DNA of 64,000 nt from an uncultured bacterium (GTDB lineage: Bacteria > Pseudomonadota > Gammaproteobacteria > Enterobacterales > Pasteurellaceae): assembly GCA_905214375.1 (NCBI GenBank), contig CAJMMG010000002.1:39299-103298 (forward strand), given 5' to 3'. Positions 55,123 through 64,000 of the stretch are shown here, one piece after another. The position numbers and the translations under genes are program-made. The number at the start of each line of letters is the position of its first letter. Position 1 is the first letter of the stretch. The notes below the pieces were generated by a model. It was not told the origin of the DNA, searched no databases, and worked only from the letters and a program-made list of their open reading frames with translations.

Positions 55123-57147
55123 CTAGTCAGTTGCTGCTGGCTTCTCTTCTTCGCCCTCATCAGTCTCCATCATGCTTTCTTGACGAAGATCTTCAAGGGT
55201 GCGACCATTAATTAAGTAGCCATTTTCCGTTTTTTCCACTCTAGAAACGTAATTATCACCTTCTTCCACAAATTCTCGGTGAAGTTTTCCATCATGTTTC
55301 ACAAAGCTACTTAAATATTGCCAAAAGTATGAATTTTCCTTAATGGCTAAGGCTTTTTCATTTTGATCATCAAACAACATTTTACTTAATGTCAGATTAA
55401 ATGTGCCTTCAATATTATCTGGAATCATGTCTGATGAATCATCTTCGGGCACTTGAGGCACAATACCACTCACTTCCAATTTAACTGGATAAGCATTGGT
55501 CTCCGGATAAGTATTAAGATTTAAATTCAACGTTGCATTATCAACGATTAAATCAAGCTCTTTCCAGGAGTTTTTTATGTATTTATCAAATGTGGCTGAC
55601 GTTAAATGCGTGCTGCATAAAGCCCCATAAAATGGTGCTGAGCAAAATCTTGCTGATAAATGCGCTTTGCTGTGATTAATTTTAAATGGTGCATCAACCG
55701 CTAATTTTTCAAATTGGAATCCTGCACTTGGATAACTGGCTTTATTCGCAGACAATGTGATATGTTCATTATATTGATCATTGTCTAGTGTTTCCGTCTT
55801 ATCACTGGCTGATACGTCATCAAGCACTAGATCGGCCATATTAAATGATTTTAATGCGGCCTCAATATTGGTTTTGCCACTAAATTCTCTCACCCATTTA
55901 TCTTTGGCATTCAAGAAGTCTTTATTGTCTTTTGACGGTGCCTCTTTCTCAGCAAAAGCATCTAATAAAAACGGTACAAACGCCAATTCGTTTGCCACGT
56001 TGTAATCATCTAACTGAATATTAACTTTACCGCCTTTAGCTTCCCATTTACGCTCTTCATCGGCAGGGGTTTGCTTCACACTATCAACATTCAGTTTAAA
56101 ATCTACATTAGCCTTAGTTAAATCCGTATTCGCCAACTTAAGTTCAAGACCGGCATTTTGTAAGTTAAAGTAAGGTTGATTATTTTTAGGCACATTGACA
56201 GAAAGCACGGATAACGAACCATCAAAACGATCGTTTTGTGTAAAAATTTTCGTTAACAAATTGACGCCGGCTTTAATATCTAATGAGCCATCACTTAATT
56301 TTTTAAATTCATGATGAAAATTGACCGCACTTGGCACGCCATTTTGTTTAATCAATAAATTCAAACCACCTGCTGTTGCTTGGCTTTCTTCTGTCGTACG
56401 GCTTTTATTAGCAATACGTAAAATATCACTACTGAATTTCGTGCTCAGATCACGCTTATCTGCCTCACCTGATTTCACGTCAAAATGATAAGTCGCATTT
56501 TTCATATAAACATGGGTGTTTTCGCCATTTAACAACGCCACTTCGGCATTTTTCGCGGTTAAGTCAATACTTGATAGGTCGTATTGATTTACACCGACTG
56601 GCACGAGGCGAGCTTCACCTTCAATTTGTTCCAATTTAGTGTCTTTATCGTAATTAAAACCGCTTAGAGTTGTTTTTAGCTCAACTTCTTTATTTTTTAA
56701 GAAATGAAGACCAATAGAAAGGTTTTGGGACTTATTCGCAAAATCACGGAATTCCGTCAAAATATCAGACTGTAAATAATCCCCTACCGGCGAAAATTTA
56801 CTATTAATCGTGTTTTTATCAATCGTGATATTTAATGTTTTATTTAATTGACGAACTAATTGATCGGATAACTGTGACTCAGCCGTAATAAAGAAAGGTA
56901 ACGCAGTAAGCTTGGTTGAAATCACATTTGTGCTTTTCGCATCGCTATCTTTTACACTAAAGATCAACTCACGAATAAAAAAGTTTTTCGCGGTTTGCGT
57001 CACATTTAAGGTTGCTTGGTTATCCAAAGAATAAGGGAAATTTTTTAACACCTGATCGATTTTGTGATTGGTGTAAAATTGTGCGCCGATCCCAAGTGCC
57101 ACTGCGATAGCCGAAATCGTCAATGCTATTGTTCTTTTCTTGCTCAT
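55123..57147 (-). CDS. Hypothetical inner-membrane-anchored periplasmic protein, 674 aa (possibly YdgA/DUF945-like)
   Basis: Long clean ORF; N-terminal basic residues plus one hydrophobic helix; beta-rich body; acidic tail. Family assignment is tentative. Confidence 0.75.
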   Translation of the reverse strand: MSKKRTIALTISAIAVALGIGAQFYTNHKIDQVLKNFPYSLDNQATLNVTQTAKNFFIRELIFSVKDSDAKSTNVISTKLTALPFFITAESQLSDQLVRQLNKTLNITIDKNTINSKFSPVGDYLQSDILTEFRDFANKSQNLSIGLHFLKNKEVELKTTLSGFNYDKDTKLEQIEGEARLVPVGVNQYDLSSIDLTAKNAEVALLNGENTHVYMKNATYHFDVKSGEADKRDLSTKFSSDILRIANKSRTTEESQATAGGLNLLIKQNGVPSAVNFHHEFKKLSDGSLDIKAGVNLLTKIFTQNDRFDGSLSVLSVNVPKNNQPYFNLQNAGLELKLANTDLTKANVDFKLNVDSVKQTPADEERKWEAKGGKVNIQLDDYNVANELAFVPFLLDAFAEKEAPSKDNKDFLNAKDKWVREFSGKTNIEAALKSFNMADLVLDDVSASDKTETLDNDQYNEHITLSANKASYPSAGFQFEKLAVDAPFKINHSKAHLSARFCSAPFYGALCSTHLTSATFDKYIKNSWKELDLIVDNATLNLNLNTYPETNAYPVKLEVSGIVPQVPEDDSSDMIPDNIEGTFNLTLSKMLFDDQNEKALAIKENSYFWQYLSSFVKHDGKLHREFVEEGDNYVSRVEKTENGYLINGRTLEDLRQESMMETDEGEEEKPAATD

Positions 57148-57198
57148 AATGTCCCCAAATACGATCTCAATTTACGATCTCAAAATCCTTTTGAAAAA

Positions 57199-57234
57199 TT
57201 AACCGCACTTTTCTCTTCAAAGTGCGGTCAGTTT
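57199..57234. terminator. USS-dyad hairpin downstream of adk
   Basis: accgcacttt-tctcttc-aaagtgcggt. Confidence 0.75.
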
Positions 57235-57244
57235 TCAGTCTATT

Positions 57245-57928
<684 letters not shown>

Positions 57929-57987
57929 TTAAAGCCTTGTTTGGTCAAATGATTTTGCTGTTAATTTTGACCGCACTTTATTTTATT

Positions 57988-59262
57988 TTAAGCTTTTTCA
58001 TTTCCTTTTTCATTCCATGGTGCCACCCAGAATAAACAAATCATTCCTGGGATAGCGAGGAATAAACAAATCCAGAAAAAATGATAGTAACCTACTGCTT
58101 TGACTAGGTAACCCGATAACATACCAAGCCCTTTACTCGGTAAAGCGGAAAGACTGGTAAATAAGGCTAATTGAGTGGCTGTATAAAGCGGATTCGTTTC
58201 GCGAGCCATAAAAGCAACAAAGGCAGCAGTGCCCAGACCGACACCGATATATTCACCCGCAATCACGAAACCTAATTTCCAAAGTTCAGCTGCACCGATT
58301 TGGTCAAAATGCCCAAATGCAGCTAACCAAATAAATCCACCAATAGTAATCAATTGGATAAAACCAAATACCCATAATGCGCGATTAATGCCTAGGCGTA
58401 ACATAATTACGCCACCCACGAGACCAGCAGAGATACTTGCCCAAAGTGAGGTACTTTTTACCACCAACGCAATATGCTCTTTTTCAAAGCCCATGTCATA
58501 GACGAATTTCGTTTGTAACGTAGTAGCAAATGAATCACCAAATTTATACAAGAACAAAAAGAGTAAAAAACCGATGGCTTGGGCGACACCTTTGCGTTGG
58601 AAGAACTCTTTTAACGGTATCCAAAACACCATATAGAAAGGTTGATCGCGATCGACCTGTGCAATCTGCGGTTCTTTCGCCAAAAATAGCGTCATAAATA
58701 TGCCCGCTAGCATACAAAGTGCGGTCAATAAAAAGACGGTTTCCCATGGATAAATCGTCGCTAAATAAAGCGAGAGCCCACCAGGAATTAAGCCTGCAAC
58801 ACGATAAGCATTAATGTGGATGGTGTTCCCCAATCCTAATTCATTATCCGTTAAAATCTCACGACGGTAAGCATCGAGCACAATATCTTGTGTCGCTGAG
58901 AAAAAGGCAATGAATGTGGCAATTTTAGCCACCATACTTAATTCTGCCACCGGATCAAACTGACTTATCGCATAAAGGGAAATCAGTAAAACCACTTGAG
59001 AAATCAATAACCAACTACGACGACGCCCTAAAAAATGCGGGAAATAGCGATCTAATAACGGTGCCCATAAAAACTTCAAACCATATGGCACCATCACCCC
59101 TGTCAATGCACCGATTAATTCAACGGAAAGTTTCTTATCTGTCAGCCACACTGGCAACATTTGCAATAACACGAAAAGTGGTAAGCCCGAACTAAATCCA
59201 GTGAAGACACAGATCAGCATTTTGCGGGTAAAGATTTGACTAGAAAGGGATTGTTCTGACAT
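57988..59262 (-). CDS. ampG: AmpG-family muropeptide MFS permease
   Basis: GFSSGLP, LKFLWAP, SATQDIVLDAYR. Confidence 0.9.
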   Translation of the reverse strand: MSEQSLSSQIFTRKMLICVFTGFSSGLPLFVLLQMLPVWLTDKKLSVELIGALTGVMVPYGLKFLWAPLLDRYFPHFLGRRRSWLLISQVVLLISLYAISQFDPVAELSMVAKIATFIAFFSATQDIVLDAYRREILTDNELGLGNTIHINAYRVAGLIPGGLSLYLATIYPWETVFLLTALCMLAGIFMTLFLAKEPQIAQVDRDQPFYMVFWIPLKEFFQRKGVAQAIGFLLFLFLYKFGDSFATTLQTKFVYDMGFEKEHIALVVKSTSLWASISAGLVGGVIMLRLGINRALWVFGFIQLITIGGFIWLAAFGHFDQIGAAELWKLGFVIAGEYIGVGLGTAAFVAFMARETNPLYTATQLALFTSLSALPSKGLGMLSGYLVKAVGYYHFFWICLFLAIPGMICLFWVAPWNEKGNEKA

Positions 59263-59308
59263 AAAGTGCGGTTATTTTTGAGCGTGTTTTATCTGATTAA
59301 AATAGTAA

Positions 59309-59329
59309 GGGCGGAATGATGCTCCGCCC
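59309..59329 (-). terminator. Hairpin after galE
   Basis: gggcgga-atgatgc-tccgccc. Confidence 0.5.
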
Positions 59330-59342
59330 AACAATGATGAGA

Positions 59343-60359
59343 TTAATCTCTGTATCCTTTCGGATTATTTTTTTGCCAATTCCAAGTGTCTTTCATCATT
59401 TGCTCAAGACCACGTTTAGCTGTCCAATTTAACTCTTTTGCTGCAAGGCTTGGATCGGAATAGCAGGTTGCAATATCCCCCGGACGACGTGCCACAAGAC
59501 GATATGGAATTTTAATATTGTTCGCTTGTTCAAACGCTTTCACCATATCAAGCACAGAATAACCGGTACCTGTACCTAAGTTATAAATGTGTAACCCTGC
59601 GTCATTTTCGTGGCGATTTAATGCTTTTAAGTGACCAATCGCCAAATCCACCACGTGGATATAATCACGAACACCTGTGCCGTCATGAGTATCATAATCG
59701 CTACCAAACACGGAAAGTTGCGGTAATTTACCGATCGCAACTTGGCTGATGTAAGGCAATAGGTTATTTGGGATACCGTTTGGATCTTCACCAATCAAGC
59801 CACTTGCATGTGCGCCCACTGGGTTGAAATAACGTAAGATCGTCATACTAAATTGTGGTTCAGCTTTCGCAACATCGGTAAGAATTTGTTCCACCATGTA
59901 TTTAGAGGTACCGTAAGGGTTGGTTGTACCGCCCACTTTGCAATCTTCTGTAATTGGAATAATTTCCGGATCGCCATAAACCGTTGCAGATGAACTAAAT
60001 ACAAAGTTCCACACACCTGCTTTTTTCATTTCTTGAATGAGAACAATCGTACCTGCGACGTTATTCATGTAGTATTCAGCAGGTTTTTGAACACTTTCGC
60101 CTACGGCTTTTAAACCTGCAAAATGGATTACCGACTGAATGCTGTTTTCAGCAAAGATTTTTTGTAATAAAGCACGATCTAAAATATCGCCCTCATAAAA
60201 TTTCACGTCTTTGCCCGTGATTTCTTTTACACGTTCTAAAGATTTTGGGGATGAATTGCATAAATTATCCAATACCACCACTTCTTTATTTGCATTTAAT
60301 AATTCCACTACAGTGTGTGAACCGATATAGCCTGCGCCACCCGTTACTAAAATAGCCAT
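59343..60359 (-). CDS. galE: UDP-glucose 4-epimerase
   Basis: [22 protein letters not shown]. Confidence 0.98.
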   Translation of the reverse strand: MAILVTGGAGYIGSHTVVELLNANKEVVVLDNLCNSSPKSLERVKEITGKDVKFYEGDILDRALLQKIFAENSIQSVIHFAGLKAVGESVQKPAEYYMNNVAGTIVLIQEMKKAGVWNFVFSSSATVYGDPEIIPITEDCKVGGTTNPYGTSKYMVEQILTDVAKAEPQFSMTILRYFNPVGAHASGLIGEDPNGIPNNLLPYISQVAIGKLPQLSVFGSDYDTHDGTGVRDYIHVVDLAIGHLKALNRHENDAGLHIYNLGTGTGYSVLDMVKAFEQANNIKIPYRLVARRPGDIATCYSDPSLAAKELNWTAKRGLEQMMKDTWNWQKNNPKGYRD

Positions 60360-60447
60360 GAGTTACTCCTTAATTATTTTTGTTCGCAAATTATAACATT
60401 GATTTCTACGATACATAAATTTATCCCCTCTTTTGACCGCACTTTGG

Positions 60448-60463
60448 TGTGATCGTTGTCACA
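60448..60463. promoter_or_regulatory. CRP site between galE and the autotransporter
   Basis: TGTGA-tcgttg-TCACA, perfect core. Confidence 0.75.
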
Positions 60464-60564
60464 GAATAAACATTTTTCTATAGGAATTTGATTTAGGTCA
60501 TTGAAGCACCTCTCGATGAAGCGAATAATAGCCTGCGAAAATCGAAAAGATAAAGGAAGACAAT

Positions 60565-63500
60565 ATGAAACCTCAAACACTTCAAAAAACCGCACTCGCA
60601 CTACTCGTTGGTTGGTATGCCGCCAATGCAGCCGCTTATTCTGAACAAGGCCAAGTCGGTAATACCAAAAGTTGGGAAAGCGCTGAATACCTCAAAGACT
60701 GGGGCTTAACCTCAATGAATGCCTCCACGGCTTATGCTCTTGGCTTTAATGGTTCAGGCGTAAAAATCGGCGTGATGGATTCAGGTGTGCTATTAAACCA
60801 CCCTGAATTTCAAGACGGTCGAATCCACGTTGTAAAAACGGAAGGGACTTATAGTAAAGATGGCATGCGTTATCCCGATGCATCGGTAGGAAATGGTCCA
60901 ATTAATAAAAATGAACCGGTAAAAAACGGTAAACGCAATTTCGATAAAACAGATAATGGCATCTTCACTAAAGGTGAAGCCTTCAATATTGACGGGGCAT
61001 GGCATAAATATACCAATGATGCGCACGGTACGCACGTTGGCGGTACAATGGCGGCAAGCCGTGACGGCAATGAAATGCATGGTGTAGCATTCGGTGCTAA
61101 CCTCTATTCTACCAATACTGGTGGTAACGACAACATGACCTATGGCCCAAACCAAGACTATAGTTTCTTCTTACAAGGCTACTCTGCCCTAGCGGATGCC
61201 GGTGCCAAAGTAATTAATAACAGCTGGGGTTCAAACCGTCGTGTTAATTCATCTTTTGCCGGTGCCTTAGGCTATAAACCAAAATATGATTGGCGTGATG
61301 TGCCTGAATATGGCGTGCAATATTATGATGTACCAAAAGCACCTGAGCCAATTTCCAGTCCTGCAGCACATATTTATTTAAGTAATTTAGGCGAAGCTGA
61401 AAAAGCTTATTATCAATTTGTCACCAGTGGTGAGAAAAACTTTGTTGATGCGGCTTATGAAGTGGCAAAAAATAAACAAGTGATTCAAGTCTTTACAGCG
61501 GGTAACCGCAGTATGATGGCTGAGTCCTTTACGCGTGCGATGTTGCCTTATTTCAGACCTGATGCAGAAAAATACTGGGTAAACGTCACGGGGCAAGTCG
61601 GTGGTGAAGGCTATCCTAATGATTCGAATGACGATGTGAGTGATGAAAAAGCAGGCGCAGATATTCAAGAATTTAACCTCGCCGGCCATTCAAAATGGTG
61701 GACGATTGCAGCGCCATCCGCCAACATCTATTCCTCCTACATTCAATTACAAGACAACAATACTTATGGTGACCCTATTTACAAATCAGCCGGTGGTACT
61801 TCAATGGCTGCGCCTCACGTAAGTGGTGCATTAGGTGTTATCTTTTCTCGCTATCCATACATGACAACCGATCAAGCTCGCGATGTCATGCTGACTACAG
61901 CAAGACAAACCACACTTCGCAAAGGGCTTGAAGGTAAACCATTAGAACGTTGGGAAACTGAACAAGGTGTACCAAGCAACGTTTGGGGTTGGGGGATTTT
62001 AGATCTTGGCAAAGCGATGTTTGGCCCAGGTCAATTCTTAGGAAACATGAAAATCAACCTCAATCAAAATGATGTTTGGTCAAATGATATTAGCGATAAA
62101 GCCATCAAAGCACGTCAAGTCGAAGATCAAGCTGAAGCCGCCACTTGGACAACACGTAAAGCAGCATTACAAGCATTAATGCAAAATCGTGCAGGCGCGA
62201 CAGCTGAAGAAAAAGCGGAATATCAAGTCGGTTTAGCGCGTGAAGCCGCTCGTAATGAACGTGCTGCACAAGGTTATGTCGGTGCATTAACTAAAAATGG
62301 TTCTGGCACCTTAACCCTCACCGGTAATAACAGCTTCACTGGTGAAATTACTGTGAATGAAGGTCAGCTTTCAGGGTTAAATCAATCCCTTGGTTCGGCA
62401 CAACAAGTCATCGTAAAACAAGGTGCAACATTGGAAGTGTTACCGAAAGCGGAAGTCACTAAACCAAGTGAGAATGGATTTGTTACTGAAACCTTAACCA
62501 GCACCGCGAAAACGGTCACTGCAACAGTGGAAAAAGGCGGTCGTTTCTTACTGAATAATGGTATTGCTAACGTCAATGCAACCTTTGCAGACGGTTCTGT
62601 TTTAGTGCCAAATAAATTTGATGAAGAAATTCTGCCTCAATTACAAAAAGATCCACAAAAAGCGGTATCTGTGCAAGGAACTGGCTCATTTGTGGGAGCT
62701 GAAAATGCGCTAGTTGAAACACCTCGCACTTATGATTTCTTTGCCGTTAAAAATGAAAGTGATGCAAATACATTGAAAGTGACTGTTCAGAAAAAAGCCC
62801 TTTCATCTGCAGCAACCACTGAAAATGAAATGGCTATCGCCAATGCCTTAGATGCAGCAACAAACAGTGCAGCGTATCAAAGTCTTATTTGGGGAACAAA
62901 AGAGAACGCTCGTCAAGCCTTTGCTCGTTTAAGCTATGATGAGGATCTCGCTGCCGAACAACACAATGTGTTAAATGGCTTATTGCTTCGTCAGCAACTT
63001 GCCCAACCGGGTACAGTAAGAGCACAACTTAATACCGGCACACAAATTTGGACAAGTGGCACCTTCACTCACTTCAGCACGGATAGTTTAAGCAGTCATG
63101 CGTACAATCAACTTGTGGGTATTGATGCGACCATTGATACAAACAAACATTTAGGTGTGTTTGTCGGTTCAACACAAAATAGCCACAAAATTGACCGCAC
63201 TTCGAAAGATCGTGCCGTACATTTAGGCTTAACAGCTGAACATCGTTTCAACCTGTTAACACCGAAAATTGGCTTTATTCAAAGCTGGGGTAAACACGAA
63301 CAACGCGCTGAATTTGCACAGGGGGTGAAAACCCATAGCCAAACACAAAATGTCTTTGCTGAACTTGCCTACACGGGCTTAAAAGGCGAACATTTTGCGA
63401 TTGAACCTTATGCCGGCGTAAGCTATATGCACATCAAAAATAAAGGTGTGACAAAAGGCGAAGTGCAGTTAAAAGACAACAATCGTGATTTAATCGTCAC

Positions 63501-63798
63501 CTCTGTAGGTTTACGTCCATCCATTCCATTTGCAATTGGTGGCGTTCAATTAAACTTATTAGGTGATGTAGCTTATCATTGTTTCCACAAAGATAAAGCC
63601 GCTGAAGGCAGCTTAGTTATCAATAATCAAGGTGTCGCAAATCTTTATGGTAAAGAATTGAAAAATATCGTTACAACAGGTGTGGCATTACAAGCTCAAT
63701 TTACACCAATATTGAGTGTGAAAGTCGGCTATCAAGGTGCTTACAACCAAGATACGAAAGCGAATAATGTTAGTGCAGAACTACGTTTCTCATTTTAA
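60565..63798 (+). CDS. Subtilisin-like (S8) serine protease autotransporter
   Basis: Signal peptide; catalytic DSG, HGTHVGG and GTSMAAPHV; passenger repeat LTKNGSGTLTLTGNNSFTG; beta-barrel ending ELRFSF. Confidence 0.93.
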   Translation: MKPQTLQKTALALLVGWYAANAAAYSEQGQVGNTKSWESAEYLKDWGLTSMNASTAYALGFNGSGVKIGVMDSGVLLNHPEFQDGRIHVVKTEGTYSKDGMRYPDASVGNGPINKNEPVKNGKRNFDKTDNGIFTKGEAFNIDGAWHKYTNDAHGTHVGGTMAASRDGNEMHGVAFGANLYSTNTGGNDNMTYGPNQDYSFFLQGYSALADAGAKVINNSWGSNRRVNSSFAGALGYKPKYDWRDVPEYGVQYYDVPKAPEPISSPAAHIYLSNLGEAEKAYYQFVTSGEKNFVDAAYEVAKNKQVIQVFTAGNRSMMAESFTRAMLPYFRPDAEKYWVNVTGQVGGEGYPNDSNDDVSDEKAGADIQEFNLAGHSKWWTIAAPSANIYSSYIQLQDNNTYGDPIYKSAGGTSMAAPHVSGALGVIFSRYPYMTTDQARDVMLTTARQTTLRKGLEGKPLERWETEQGVPSNVWGWGILDLGKAMFGPGQFLGNMKINLNQNDVWSNDISDKAIKARQVEDQAEAATWTTRKAALQALMQNRAGATAEEKAEYQVGLAREAARNERAAQGYVGALTKNGSGTLTLTGNNSFTGEITVNEGQLSGLNQSLGSAQQVIVKQGATLEVLPKAEVTKPSENGFVTETLTSTAKTVTATVEKGGRFLLNNGIANVNATFADGSVLVPNKFDEEILPQLQKDPQKAVSVQGTGSFVGAENALVETPRTYDFFAVKNESDANTLKVTVQKKALSSAATTENEMAIANALDAATNSAAYQSLIWGTKENARQAFARLSYDEDLAAEQHNVLNGLLLRQQLAQPGTVRAQLNTGTQIWTSGTFTHFSTDSLSSHAYNQLVGIDATIDTNKHLGVFVGSTQNSHKIDRTSKDRAVHLGLTAEHRFNLLTPKIGFIQSWGKHEQRAEFAQGVKTHSQTQNVFAELAYTGLKGEHFAIEPYAGVSYMHIKNKGVTKGEVQLKDNNRDLIVTSVGLRPSIPFAIGGVQLNLLGDVAYHCFHKDKAAEGSLVINNQGVANLYGKELKNIVTTGVALQAQFTPILSVKVGYQGAYNQDTKANNVSAELRFSF

Positions 63799-63816
63799 CG
63801 ATATTCAATAAGACAA

Positions 63817-63872
63817 AAAGTGCGGTCAGTTTTTGAGAGGTTTTAAAACTCTTTTAAAATTGACCGCACTTT
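63817..63872. terminator. Long USS-dyad hairpin after the autotransporter
   Basis: aaagtgcggtcagttttt...aaaattgaccgcacttt. Confidence 0.75.
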
Positions 63873-64000
63873 GTACCAAGAAATGTTTCACATTTAATAT
63901 TATCAAACACCTCCTGAGCTATTTTCTATCTTTTTATAAATTTATCTTTCGTAATAAAATCAACTATTACACAAATTATTGATACCTTGATACCATACCA

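Noticed and set aside
63900..63970. Minus-strand AGGAGGTG and the dyad GTAATA-N8-TATTAC near the window end
   Set aside because: No properly spaced start codon after the SD-like motif, and the dyad is a poor Fur match. It cannot be assessed without the downstream gene.

Overview
This is a chromosomal window from a Pasteurellaceae genome, most likely Haemophilus parainfluenzae or a close relative. The inference rests on more than 40 Hin-type uptake sequences (AAGTGCGGT) counted by eye, the gene order, and the absence of lic3A next to galE. Most of it is core genome: nrfABCD-nrfE-dsbE-nrfFG, menFDH, alaA, lepA-lepB-rnc-era, grcA/ung, rppH-lgt-thyA-tadA, ampD/pilABCD-coaE-yacG, rhlB, mreBCD, rsfS-rlmH-mrdAB-rlpA-dacA-ybeD-lipBA and galE-ampG-adk. 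Accessory-looking genes are the 5' part of a large trimeric autotransporter adhesin (missed by the ORF track), a half-size MetE-like enzyme, a three-gene ynbA/acyltransferase/ynbB lipid cassette, a 674-aa membrane-anchored orphan and a subtilase autotransporter. The strongest non-coding signal is the 480-bp rppH-ampD intergenic region. It holds four perfect and several near-perfect DnaA boxes, including a triad with DARS-core geometry, at the position of E. coli DARS2, so it is a candidate DnaA-reactivating replication-control element. Other regulatory signals are a sigma32 promoter whose spacer is largely an uptake sequence, a perfect CRP-S site for pilA, and NarP/FNR sites for nrfA. No rRNA, tRNA, CRISPR array, IS element or prophage was seen.
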